A DNA stretch of 33,639 nt from Chlamydiia bacterium (GCA_044233345.1 JBIIKD010000002.1:1-33639); one strand, 5' to 3'; positions 21,104-29,595 are shown, numbered from the stretch's first letter. Made by a program: numbers and translations. The notes: generated by a model from the letters alone, not told the origin.

Positions 21104-21755
21104 TTCTTTGGAGAGAAAAAGATATGCTATAGAACTCGGTTCAGAAATCCTTATTTCTAATGGAAACGCGTCAACTGCGATAAAACTTAAAGGGGGATTT
21201 CATCCAGATTTGTATGAACTTGCTCCTGACTCTAAAAGTCGCCTCTATTCGATGGAAGAAATAAGAGAATTTATTAAAGATATTGCACTTCCCCCTTTCG
21301 AAGGAAAGAAAAAGGTGTACATATTACATGATATTGAACGGATGTTACCCATTCATTCAAACGCTTTATTAAAGACGCTTGAAGAAAAACCCTCCTATTC
21401 AACGATTATTTTAACTGCAGAAAATCCTCGAAAAATTTTGCCGACAATTATTTCGAGATCTGAAGTTAGGATTATTCCACGGATAAAAGAGATGCGAGAG
21501 GGGAAAGAAAAGCTTTCTGAATTAATTAAAAAAGCAAGTTTGGCATCTAAAAACAAAGAATATTCTGTTCTTTTTTCTACGATCGAGTCTCTAATAAAAG
21601 AGTACAAAATCGAGGAGATAGTCGAAGAATATCTCTACGTTGCGCGTGAAATAGAGCCTTTTGAAAAAAGCTTACAAAAAATCTCTATTTCGGAAGAAGG
21701 GATAGATCGTTATATCCGCCCCAAGCAAGCTTTAGAGTATCTTTTTTTATGTTGA
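21072..21755 (+). CDS. holB: DNA polymerase III delta-prime subunit (short form with a degenerate P-loop)
   Basis: HPDLYELAP...YSMEEIREFI, KKKVYILHDIERMLPIHSNALLKTLEEKPSYSTIILTAENPRKILPTIISRSEV matches the clamp-loader delta-prime core (HPD, NALLKTLEEP, TIxSR). It has a GTG start, overlaps tmk, and follows tmk in the gene order. Confidence 0.75.
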   Translation: MHSPLILISPDSLERKRYAIELGSEILISNGNASTAIKLKGGFHPDLYELAPDSKSRLYSMEEIREFIKDIALPPFEGKKKVYILHDIERMLPIHSNALLKTLEEKPSYSTIILTAENPRKILPTIISRSEVRIIPRIKEMREGKEKLSELIKKASLASKNKEYSVLFSTIESLIKEYKIEEIVEEYLYVAREIEPFEKSLQKISISEEGIDRYIRPKQALEYLFLC

Positions 21756-21780
21756 AACCTAATAGCTCGTCAAATTGGAT

Positions 21781-22350
21781 TTAAATAGGAAAGCCAACGA
21801 CCTGTTCATAGCATGCAATCAGATGATCGACCCCATTTAATGCTTTGTGCGGCATCGATTCAGGTGCAATGTTGTATAGTTTGGCAATTTTGTCCTTAGA
21901 TAGCTCTATTAAATGGGGTGAAACATGCAAGCCAATTTGTTTGGCCCAAAACATAGACGCTAGGTCTAGCCAATTATAGGGGAGAGAATAGCGCTCTTGA
22001 AGCTCTGTTTCAATGAGATGAGAAAAAAAGATTCGATCAAACGCGGGGTTTTGACAAATAAAAACAGCCTCTCCTCGTTTAATTTTATGCATCTTAAAAA
22101 TTTTAATAAGATCTTTTTTGACTATTTCGATTTTCGGGGCATCTTTAATATCTTCCCAGGCTATGCCAGTAAATTTTAAACTAGCAATAGAACTTTTTTT
22201 CCAAGCATCCTCCCCAATATTAATAAAAGAGGAATAATGGGCTAATTCTTCCCCGGAAGAGAGGTCAAGAATCCTAAGAGCGATTTCTAAAACAGTGTGT
22301 TTTTTCCAGTTTAGTCCATTTGTCTCTGTGTCTAAAAAAACTCCTTTCAC
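21781..22350 (-). CDS. DEDDh-type 3'-5' exonuclease (DnaQ/RNase T superfamily)
   Basis: The Exo I motif is VFLDTETNGL, Exo II is CQNPAFDRIFF and Exo III is HKALNGVDH. The protein is 189 aa. Confidence 0.75.
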   Translation of the reverse strand: MKGVFLDTETNGLNWKKHTVLEIALRILDLSSGEELAHYSSFINIGEDAWKKSSIASLKFTGIAWEDIKDAPKIEIVKKDLIKIFKMHKIKRGEAVFICQNPAFDRIFFSHLIETELQERYSLPYNWLDLASMFWAKQIGLHVSPHLIELSKDKIAKLYNIAPESMPHKALNGVDHLIACYEQVVGFPI

Positions 22351-22400
22351 CTTCCCACCTCATAATTAAACCTTTTATGTATAAAATATTTTTCCCTCTT

Positions 22401-22427
22401 TTGTAAAGAGCGGAGATTTGCTATACT
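22401..22427 (+). promoter_or_regulatory. Candidate extended -10 promoter for nusB-murB-PHP-folC
   Basis: TTGTAA (22401-22406), a 15-nt spacer that includes TG (22419-22420), then TATACT (22422-22427). The ATG is at 22454. This rests on pattern match only, and the spacer is short. Confidence 0.3.
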
Positions 22428-22453
22428 ACCAACTTTTAATCAGTGGGACTTAG

Positions 22454-22858
22454 ATGGAAGAAAAGATTGCAGAATTGATTTTACAGTATCTCTATAGCGC
22501 AAGTTTGGGTGGACAACCTCTTGAAGACCTAGTCCCAGTTATGATGCGAGCCCTTTCTATTTCAAAAAAAACCGCTTTTTTAGGTAAGGAAAAAGCAGAA
22601 GTAATTGTTGGTTTACTGCCCAAGCTCGATGAAAAAATTGAAACTATTTCTACAGGATATGACCCTGAAAGAATTTCTGAAGTAGAGAGAAATGTGCTTA
22701 GGTTGGCTCTTTATTCTATTTTGTATGAAAAAATAGATCCTACAAAAGTAATTCATGATTCCATTCGACTCGTAAGTAAATTTTCCTCACCTGATTCAGG
22801 GGCCTATGTTCATGCAATTATAAGTGAAGTAATGCAACTTGAAGAATCTTCTGTATGA
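22454..22858 (+). CDS. nusB: Transcription antitermination factor NusB
   Basis: The 134-aa protein contains ERNVLRLALYSILYEK...VIHDSIRLVSKFSSPDSGAYVHAIISEV. This matches the NusB pattern (R.iLR.a.yEl...vvI.EaielaK.f.....kfvNgvL). Confidence 0.8.
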   Translation: MEEKIAELILQYLYSASLGGQPLEDLVPVMMRALSISKKTAFLGKEKAEVIVGLLPKLDEKIETISTGYDPERISEVERNVLRLALYSILYEKIDPTKVIHDSIRLVSKFSSPDSGAYVHAIISEVMQLEESSV

Positions 22859-23739
22859 ATGAACCAGAGATCAAAAAGGGTGTGTCTTTAAAGCCTTTTT
22901 CTACCTATAGAATAGGAGGGGAAGCTAAATTTTTTATAACAGCGCATTCTATTGAAGAACTTCAGTTTGCGTTTTCTTTTGCAAAAAAGGAAGGGATCCC
23001 TTTTTTAGTTATTGGAAAAGGATCGAACTGTCTTTTTGATGATAAAGGATATAATGGCCTCGTTGTTTTGAATAAAATCGATTTTTATGAGGAGAAAGAG
23101 GGAGAATTTTATGTCGGAGGAGGGTTTAGCTTTTCTCTACTTGGAATTCGATCTGCTAAAGAAAGATGGTCAGGCTTAGAATTCGCATCAGGGATACCCG
23201 GAAGCGTAGGTGGCGCTGTCTATATGAACGCTGGCGCTGGAGGAGCGGAGGCTAAAGATTGTTTGGTTTCTGTCGAGTTTTTAGGAGAAGATGGAGACCT
23301 TATTGTCTACAAAAAAGAGGAGCTAACCTTTAGATATCGCTATAGTATTTTTCATGAGATGAAAGGGGCTATTGTCTCTGCTCGATTTCAGTTAGTACGC
23401 TCCCATGATGCAAAAGAGATTCAAATTCGTCTTTTAAACCATAGAAAAAATACCCAGCCTTATGACCTTCCGTCTTGCGGCTGCGTTTTTCGAAATCCAA
23501 TACAAGGATCTGCTGGGCAGTGGATAGAGCGCTCTGGTCTTAAAGGATTACAAAGAGGCGGAGCAGAGGTCTCTTCAAAGCATGCTAATTTTATTGTTAA
23601 TACGGGAGGGGCTACTTCTAGGGATGTTTTAGAGCTCATCACGTACATACGATCCCAAGTAAAGAAAGTTGTGGGGCAAGATCTAGAATCTGAGGTCTGT
23701 TATATATCGTATGAGGGAAGAAATGACAGCCAGGTATGA
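22855..23739 (+). CDS. murB: UDP-N-acetylenolpyruvoylglucosamine reductase
   Basis: The FAD-binding and MurB motifs are present: TYRIGGEAKFF, GKGSNCLF, GIPGSVGGAVYMNAGA, FRYRYSIF, PSCGCVFRNP and SSKHANFIVN. Confidence 0.93.
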   Translation: MNEPEIKKGVSLKPFSTYRIGGEAKFFITAHSIEELQFAFSFAKKEGIPFLVIGKGSNCLFDDKGYNGLVVLNKIDFYEEKEGEFYVGGGFSFSLLGIRSAKERWSGLEFASGIPGSVGGAVYMNAGAGGAEAKDCLVSVEFLGEDGDLIVYKKEELTFRYRYSIFHEMKGAIVSARFQLVRSHDAKEIQIRLLNHRKNTQPYDLPSCGCVFRNPIQGSAGQWIERSGLKGLQRGGAEVSSKHANFIVNTGGATSRDVLELITYIRSQVKKVVGQDLESEVCYISYEGRNDSQV

Positions 23740-24538
23740 TCTGCATGTTCATTCTGAATATTCAGATGGAACCGATTCACCAATAGTACTTCTTAATAAA
23801 ATAAAAGAAATTGGATTTCAAGGAATTTCGATTACCGATCATGATACGATAGACGCATATTCTGAAGATCTATTTGCTCATGCAAAAAAATTAGAAATAC
23901 AGCTTATTACGGGGGTTGAGTTTTCCTCTCACTACGATGGAAACGGAGTTCATATATTAGGTTATTTTTTCGATTGGAAAAATCAGGCCCTCATTGACTT
24001 TTGTAAAGAGCATTTTGAAAGAAGAAAAAAAAGAAATGAGCTTATTTTAAAGCTGCTTAGTAAACATGGAATGGATATTTCTATGGAAGAGCTTTATTTA
24101 GGAGATGGAAAAAGCATAGGAAGACCCCATATAGCTAAGCTTCTTGTAGAAAAGGGGTATGCAGAAACAATGGGAGATGTATTTCATCAATGGATTGGAG
24201 ACGGAAAGCCTTGTTTTCAAAGAGGGGTTGTTTTTTCAATTCAAAAAACCATCGAGATTATTCGTAAAGCAAAAGGAAAAGCAGTATTGGCTCATCCTAT
24301 TCTTTTAAAAAGACATACGCTTATTCGACAAATTTTAAAAGAGGGTTCTTTTGACGGCATAGAAGCTTATTATGCTAGGTTTTCTCAAAAGCAAAATGAA
24401 GAGATGGTAAAAATAGGGGAAAAAGGAAGGTTCATTATGACTGGTGGATCAGACTATCATGGAGAAAATAAACCTCTTAGCAGGCTTGGAAGCGCATATA
24501 CAACAGATGAGGTGCTAAGGAGGTTAGAAGAGCGATGA
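23711..24538 (+). CDS. PHP-domain phosphoesterase (TrpH/YciV family)
   Basis: YDLHVHSEYSDGT, ITDHDT, GVEFS, AHP and GGSDYHG are the PHP metal-binding motifs. The real start could be ATG 23723 (MTARYDL...). Confidence 0.8.
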   Translation: MREEMTARYDLHVHSEYSDGTDSPIVLLNKIKEIGFQGISITDHDTIDAYSEDLFAHAKKLEIQLITGVEFSSHYDGNGVHILGYFFDWKNQALIDFCKEHFERRKKRNELILKLLSKHGMDISMEELYLGDGKSIGRPHIAKLLVEKGYAETMGDVFHQWIGDGKPCFQRGVVFSIQKTIEIIRKAKGKAVLAHPILLKRHTLIRQILKEGSFDGIEAYYARFSQKQNEEMVKIGEKGRFIMTGGSDYHGENKPLSRLGSAYTTDEVLRRLEER

Positions 24539-25680
24539 GTGATGATTTTGAAAGACGTCTATACGATCTCATTATGAGAAATGGAATACGGCGTGGACTG
24601 AATAGATCTTTACTTATTGATGAAAAGCTTGGATATCCATCTAAAGGCTTTTCTTCTATTCATGTTACAGGAACGAACGGAAAAGGGACTGTTTGTACGA
24701 AAATTGCAAATGGATTGCAATCTCAAGGAATCAAAGTCGGCCTTTTTACATCCCCTCATGTTAATACCTTTCGGGAAAGGATTCAAATTAACGGAGAAAT
24801 GATTTCAGAAGAAGAGCTTATGGAAAAGGCAAAGAAGGTAAAGAAGCTTTGTCCAGAGGCAAATTTTTTTGAAGTTTTGACAGCGGTTGCATTTCAATAT
24901 TTTTTTGAAAAAAAAGTAGACATAGCTGTTATTGAAGTCGGAATAGGGGGTCTTAGAGATTCTACAAATATTATCACTCCTATCTTAAGTATTATCACAA
25001 GCATCTCCTACGATCACACAGATGTACTCGGAAGCACTTTGGATGAAATAGCAAAAGAAAAGTCAGGAATTATAAAACAGGGTATTCCTGTTGTTTTAGG
25101 TCATTCGGCCGCAAGAAAACCCGTCTTTCACCAGGCTTTTCAATGTAGATCTCCCATTTATTTAATTCCTCCTATTGAAGATTGGATGGAAGAAAATACA
25201 AGTATTGCAAGGCGTGCTTTGAAAGTCGTTTGTAAAAATGTTGATTCAACAACCCTTCCGGGGGTGCAACCCTGTCGATTTCAGATCGTAAGACATGGCA
25301 AAGCAACTACTATTTATGATATCGCACACAATCCTGATGGAATGGAAAAACTCTTTAAAATGATAGAAAAGTGGTATCCAGGAGAATCATACTCAGTCAT
25401 TTTTGGGTTAAAAAAAACCAAAGATTTTGATGCAATCACACAATTGCTTAAATCTAAAACAACCCACATTTTTCCCTATCATATAGAAAATGACAGCCTT
25501 GTTTCAAAAGAAAAAATTGCAAAGGAAATGGGCGTTGATATAAATAAAACGCTTTTAGAATTTTTTGAAGAAGTAGAGGAAAAAAAAAGTATTCTCATCG
25601 TTACTGGATCTGTAATGATTATGAAGCCCGTAAGAGAAGAGCTTACTGCTCTTTCTCAAAATCTTCTTCTGCTTGGTTGA
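24535..25680 (+). CDS. folC: Folylpolyglutamate synthase / dihydrofolate synthase (Mur ligase family)
   Basis: IHVTGTNGKGT (P-loop), TSPH, EVGIGGLRDSTN, ISYDHTDVLG and EKSGIIK are present. The protein is 381 aa. Confidence 0.85.
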   Translation: MSDDFERRLYDLIMRNGIRRGLNRSLLIDEKLGYPSKGFSSIHVTGTNGKGTVCTKIANGLQSQGIKVGLFTSPHVNTFRERIQINGEMISEEELMEKAKKVKKLCPEANFFEVLTAVAFQYFFEKKVDIAVIEVGIGGLRDSTNIITPILSIITSISYDHTDVLGSTLDEIAKEKSGIIKQGIPVVLGHSAARKPVFHQAFQCRSPIYLIPPIEDWMEENTSIARRALKVVCKNVDSTTLPGVQPCRFQIVRHGKATTIYDIAHNPDGMEKLFKMIEKWYPGESYSVIFGLKKTKDFDAITQLLKSKTTHIFPYHIENDSLVSKEKIAKEMGVDINKTLLEFFEEVEEKKSILIVTGSVMIMKPVREELTALSQNLLLLG

Positions 25681-26491
25681 CAAGGTCTAAATCATCAAAG
25701 ATGTGATGAATTTCTACTAAAGAAGGATATGGAGTGCTATCGGTATAATAGTCTGTTACTTTATGTGCATATCCTAAAACACCTTGGATGATATGCATTC
25801 GGTCTTCATGAGTGCTCAGTTTTTGTAGATCTCCTCCGCACTCTTGTACATGAAAACGCAGCTCCATTAATGTGGTATCAGAAAAATTATTAGATAGGCT
25901 CTCTATAAATTCATTTGTCTGGTCTCGATAGAGAAAAGTTGCTGTACAATAAAGATTTTCAGCAAGTTCAAAAGAAGCAACAGTTGTTTCTTCCTTTTGA
26001 TAATTTTTAAGAGAAACAACATTTTGTGTGGAAACATTTTTAGATACAAGAACAGGTTCTTGCCTCTCTGCTTTTTCAATACAGGCTTTAGCAAAACGAA
26101 GGAATTTAGCGTTATTTTTCGAAGGGCGGTGTACTTCTAAGAATGCATCAATGCGGTTTCTAAGCAAATTCGCTTCCAAAGCTATCTCTCTAGGGTCTCT
26201 GTCAGGACTTGTATTGGCTAGTTCTTCTGCTAATTCTGCAAGCTCGATAATATCTTTTCTTATTTCAAGTAGGTGGCATCTGCCCGCTAATTTTTGTACA
26301 AGAGCTTTTTGTTTTTCTAAAGAATCAAGGTTCTCTGGATTTGAAGAAAGGGATTGGCTTATCGATAGGTCAATTTTTTTTAGCTGCTTTGAAAAGGTGC
26401 GAAGCTTTTTGTCTTCTGGAAGAGTGTGCGCATCTAAAAAACTTTCAATCTCTTCTAAATCCTTTGAATTTCTTAATAGATCTTTGTTCAT
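25643..26491 (-). CDS. Hypothetical protein, 282 aa, predicted helical and soluble, with no recognisable domain
   Basis: It is the longest ORF in this interval and has a normal K/E/L-rich composition. The overlapping + strand ORF 26028..26498 has the S/F/L-rich look of an antisense shadow. I can see no motif. Its 3' end overlaps the folC 3' end by 38 nt. Confidence 0.6.
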   Translation of the reverse strand: MNKDLLRNSKDLEEIESFLDAHTLPEDKKLRTFSKQLKKIDLSISQSLSSNPENLDSLEKQKALVQKLAGRCHLLEIRKDIIELAELAEELANTSPDRDPREIALEANLLRNRIDAFLEVHRPSKNNAKFLRFAKACIEKAERQEPVLVSKNVSTQNVVSLKNYQKEETTVASFELAENLYCTATFLYRDQTNEFIESLSNNFSDTTLMELRFHVQECGGDLQKLSTHEDRMHIIQGVLGYAHKVTDYYTDSTPYPSLVEIHHIFDDLDLVNQAEEDFEKEQ

Positions 26492-26604
26492 GAATTAAAA
26501 AATCTCTTTGTATTAAAGCTGCTAGATAAATAATTTTATCAAATTTAAATTAAAAAGTCAATTTTTATTGATTTTAAGCCGTTTGTATCTAAAAAGAAAG
26601 CATT

Positions 26605-26613
26605 TGGTAAAAT
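26605..26613 (+). promoter_or_regulatory. Possible extended -10 element (TGgTAAAAT) for the LysM gene
   Basis: TGG lies at 26605-26607 and TAAAAT at 26608-26613. A strong AGGAGG SD lies at 26623-26628 and the ATG at 26633. I found no good -35 element at a canonical spacing. Confidence 0.25.
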
Positions 26614-26632
26614 TTAGAAAAAAGGAGGTATT

Positions 26633-27043
26633 ATGGGCAGGATTCTATCTTTTATTTTTGAATTAAAGAAAAAGATCTTTTCTTTACATTTAAGAAAAAA
26701 GAAGACCTCACCTTTAAAGGTTGGATGCAATGCTGCCTCTGACCATTCAACCCATATCGTACAATATGGGGAAACCCTAAAAGAAATTGCAAGAAGTTTT
26801 GGAAGTCCTAATGAAAGAAATATCATGGCTTGTAACGACATCCAAGATCCAAATGCTATTTTTGCAGGCCAGGTCCTTCAGATCCCTTTTCACTATTACA
26901 CTGTAAAAAAAGCAGACACAGTCTACTCTATTGCACTAACCCATCAAATCTCGCAGTGGGATATTTGGGCTAGCCGTAATGGGCTTTTTAAAAAAGATAA
27001 TTATAAAATCGAAGAGGGGAAAAAGTTGAAGATTTGGATTTAA
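26633..27043 (+). CDS. Small protein with two LysM (peptidoglycan-binding) domains
   Basis: The first LysM is HIVQYGETLKEIARSFGSPNERNIMACNDIQDPNAIFAGQVLQIP. The second is YYTVKKADTVYSIALTHQISQWDIWASRNG...IEEGKKLKIW. A perfect AGGAGG SD is present. Confidence 0.85.
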   Translation: MGRILSFIFELKKKIFSLHLRKKKTSPLKVGCNAASDHSTHIVQYGETLKEIARSFGSPNERNIMACNDIQDPNAIFAGQVLQIPFHYYTVKKADTVYSIALTHQISQWDIWASRNGLFKKDNYKIEEGKKLKIWI

Positions 27044-27237
27044 GGATTCGCTGAGTTCGTTTTTAGCGCTATATCCCAATATTTTATATTGGATTGATCG
27101 ACATTATTTTCTTTAGCTATTTCTTTCACAAAATCGTAAAACGCATCAGCTTCCTTCGATAATCCATGTAATTTAAGGCTTTGAATGATTCTTGAGATCC
27201 TATGAAGGTTATGATTTTTGTAAATCTGGGGTGGTTT
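27040..27237 (-). pseudogene. Out-of-frame (+1) continuation of the OGFr-like domain: 65 open codons with no start codon, downstream of the 27209 stop
   Basis: The +1 frame reads KPPQIYKNHNLHRISRIIQSLKLHGLSKEADAFYDFVKEIAKENNVDQSNIKYWDIALKTNSANP* (checked codon by codon). HNLHRISRIIQSLKLHGL resembles OGFR HNNLRITRILKSLGELGL. The frame is open from 27237 to 27043, with the stop at 27042-27040. An A5 run on the coding strand (27215-27219) lies at the frame junction. Confidence 0.5.
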
Positions 27238-28924
27238 TTATTGTTTGAATAGACTCTTTTGGATTTCTATACCAAGGCGAAATTGGCTGCGCTCCGCTTT
27301 GGTTCTGAGTCGGAAAAAGCCATTGAATAAAATTATGTTTCCTTTCAATATCTTCGTCAGAAAAATTTTGAGTAATCATATCTAATGTAGATCCCTCGCA
27401 ATCTCCTCTTGTTTCAGGAATAGGGGACCCAGAATAAAAACTTATTATTTGTGCATCATCTGGATCTTGTGCTTTAACCAAATGGGGCCCTATAGAAGAT
27501 GATGAAGTTTGAGCCGTTCCTTTTCGAATTTCAGAAAGTAATGAGAGAGCTTTTTCTTTTAAAAGCTTGAATATCTGTTTTTTATCAACAATACTTTCAG
27601 GGATAGATAAATGAGGATTTAAAAGCTTTTTAGTCTCTTTGTCGATTTGGCTAAGATTACCTAGGGCAGTGTTCATCATATCGGTATTAGTCGCATTAGA
27701 AATGGCCTCGATTATTTTTATATGATTCGGTTTAATCAGCTGGAAAGAATCTTTATGTTGAGTAAGAGTTGGTGCTAATCGCGTCGTGGTTTGAGTAGTA
27801 GGTGATGGTAGTTTAGTAGACACCTCTTCGACTTCACCCTCATTTGGCTTTAAATTTAAATAGTGATTTAGCGAAATTAATAATTTTAAGTCTAATTCAG
27901 TAGCAATTTCTATTGAGCCGTGTCGGCGTAAAAGATCGATTTTTGCGTAAACAAGAAAAAAAACATCTATTCCATATTGATTGTTTTCTGCTGGATCTTT
28001 ATTTATCTTATCAATATCAGTAGAAATTATGTCGTTTGCATCGATTATCCAGCCAGTCTTTAATTTATCAAGAGATGGAGAGCCTCGATCAAAAATAGCC
28101 CTTAAATCAGAACTTCGATAAAGACGATCGATTTCAGCCTTATATGCTGTTTCATAGGTTTTTAAGGGATTTATCAATATTTCTTTAAGAGAGCTTTCCC
28201 CATTTTTTTCAAATTTATTCACCGCACAAAGAATCGTTAATCGATCCTCTAAATGCATAGTTATCCCTTTATTGATAAAATTTTCGTAAGCCTTGAAAAA
28301 ATTTTTTATAGTTTCAGAATCTCTATCATTCCCCAGGAGAAATTTGAATCCTTTTAAAAAAAGAGGTTGCGTGGCGTCATCTTTATGATTAATTAAATAA
28401 TTTATTAAAGTTTCACCTTCAAGTGTAGGGGTTTTTTCTTGAGTTTCTATGAAGTTTATAGGCTTCAAGGGAGAAATAGAGGTAACAAAAGAGTGGTTGG
28501 TAAGCTGGATTGACCTACTCATTTTTTGGATTTCAGTTAATTCAATCGTCAAATTTTGAATAAGAGCTTTGTATTGATTGCCTGGGGCTAAAGCCTCATC
28601 TAAAATAGAAAGTGTTTTAAGGGCGTCTTTTGTAAGATTCTGGTTTCCATAGCTTTTTTGATCTTTACACCAGTTAGGGGGGTCTTTGCAAATCATGTTC
28701 CAGGAGCTATTTAAGTATTGAAGTGTTTGCTTGGCAATCGCATTAATAGAGTGAGTTTCTCGGTTAGATTTAAGCCAATTTATTACTATTTGAGGCAAAG
28801 CGGCAATATCAGCCTCTCCTCTTGCTGTGGCGCTTCTCTCATCAGGTGGTTGATAATGAGAGTCTTCCTCGATTTGTGGTGAATCTTTAGGTCTGCCCCC
28901 AAACATAAGGCTAACTTGGTCCAT
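27209..28924 (-). CDS. Orphan 571-aa protein with a C-terminal OGFr-like (opioid growth factor receptor conserved region, PF04664-like) motif; a candidate secreted effector whose reading frame ends prematurely
   Basis: The C-terminal ISFYSGSPIPETRG...NFSDEDIERKHNFIQWLFPTQNQSG...ESIQTIKTTPDLQK resembles, from memory, human OGFR FYRNEIRFLPNG...NWTDNYDLLEDNHSYIQWLFPLREPG...REVEVFKSSQEIQER. The N-terminal roughly 480 aa has no recognisable domain, TM segment or signal peptide. A near-consensus promoter lies upstream. Confidence 0.7.
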   Translation of the reverse strand: MDQVSLMFGGRPKDSPQIEEDSHYQPPDERSATARGEADIAALPQIVINWLKSNRETHSINAIAKQTLQYLNSSWNMICKDPPNWCKDQKSYGNQNLTKDALKTLSILDEALAPGNQYKALIQNLTIELTEIQKMSRSIQLTNHSFVTSISPLKPINFIETQEKTPTLEGETLINYLINHKDDATQPLFLKGFKFLLGNDRDSETIKNFFKAYENFINKGITMHLEDRLTILCAVNKFEKNGESSLKEILINPLKTYETAYKAEIDRLYRSSDLRAIFDRGSPSLDKLKTGWIIDANDIISTDIDKINKDPAENNQYGIDVFFLVYAKIDLLRRHGSIEIATELDLKLLISLNHYLNLKPNEGEVEEVSTKLPSPTTQTTTRLAPTLTQHKDSFQLIKPNHIKIIEAISNATNTDMMNTALGNLSQIDKETKKLLNPHLSIPESIVDKKQIFKLLKEKALSLLSEIRKGTAQTSSSSIGPHLVKAQDPDDAQIISFYSGSPIPETRGDCEGSTLDMITQNFSDEDIERKHNFIQWLFPTQNQSGAQPISPWYRNPKESIQTIKTTPDLQKS

Positions 28925-28959
28925 TTTTCTTCCATAAATAGTTTTATCTTTATAAAGAA

Positions 28960-28988
28960 ATTATATCATTTTTTTTATTAAAATTCAA
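28960..28988 (-). promoter_or_regulatory. Near-consensus sigma-70 promoter with an extended -10 for the OGFr-like gene
   Basis: The minus strand reads TTGAAT (28988-28983), a 17-nt spacer ending in TGa, then TATAAT (28965-28960). The ATG lies at 28924, about 35 nt downstream, with GGAAG as the SD. Confidence 0.5.
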
Positions 28989-29028
28989 TTAAATACTTTA
29001 ATTAAAGTTGCTTGAAATGGATATATAA

Positions 29029-29595
29029 CTACGTTTTCGACTTTTCTATAATTATGAGAATGGGGGAGGTTTCAGAGTTTAATGGAGAATAACGAAAAAC
29101 CTTTGCGACCCTTTTAGGAAGGGCGGCAAAATAAGATAAAAGAAGAGCCGATTCTACGGCTCCTTCAGGATGTCCTGGATAGAGGGTTATAGATAGAAGT
29201 CCTCCCGGCAACAGAAAAGAAAGGGCGTTTTGGCAACTTTGTAAGCTTTTTTCTCCTACTGTAGTAATTGATTTATCGCCTCCGGGAAGATAACCTAAGT
29301 TATACGCAATAAGATGAGGTCTTGGAAGCGAGATCGGAAAGCTCTCGTGAGAGAGTAAGTGTAGGTGAATTTGAGCGAAAAAAGAGGGGGGGAAATGACT
29401 TTTTAAAAGAAATTCTGTGCTTTTTAGGGCCGTTTCTTGGATATCGTAAGCATCTACTCGTCCTAGCCCCTCTGAAAGGACTAATTGAGCTAGAGTCAGC
29501 GTGTCATGGCCATTGCCAGCGGTTGCATCAATTGCGTGCATTCCTGGTTTTAAGTAAGAGCCCCATACTAAATGAGCAACTTTTAAATGATTCAT
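29029..29595 (-). CDS. mnmM: SAM-dependent methyltransferase of the YtqB/MnmM family (PF06962, tRNA mnm5s2U methyltransferase-like)
   Basis: AIDATAGNGHDTLTLAQLV, AYDIQETAL, YNLGYLPGGDKSITT and YPGHPEG closely follow the B. subtilis YtqB motifs (IDATMGNGHDT, FDIQ, NLGYLPGGDKSITT, GHPEG), as I recall them. Confidence 0.8.
   Translation of the reverse strand: MNHLKVAHLVWGSYLKPGMHAIDATAGNGHDTLTLAQLVLSEGLGRVDAYDIQETALKSTEFLLKSHFPPSFFAQIHLHLLSHESFPISLPRPHLIAYNLGYLPGGDKSITTVGEKSLQSCQNALSFLLPGGLLSITLYPGHPEGAVESALLLSYFAALPKRVAKVFRYSPLNSETSPILIIIEKSKT

Noticed and set aside
26028-26498. The 156-aa + strand ORF opposite the 282-aa orphan.
   Set aside because: It is shorter than the minus-strand ORF and strongly S/F/L/C-rich, which is the antisense signature of a K/E-rich gene. 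It would also run straight into the LysM promoter region. I chose the minus strand, but neither call has homology support.
26614-26841. The 75-aa minus-strand ORF overlapping the LysM gene start.
   Set aside because: It lies antisense to a gene with two clear LysM domains and a perfect SD, and it has no features of its own.
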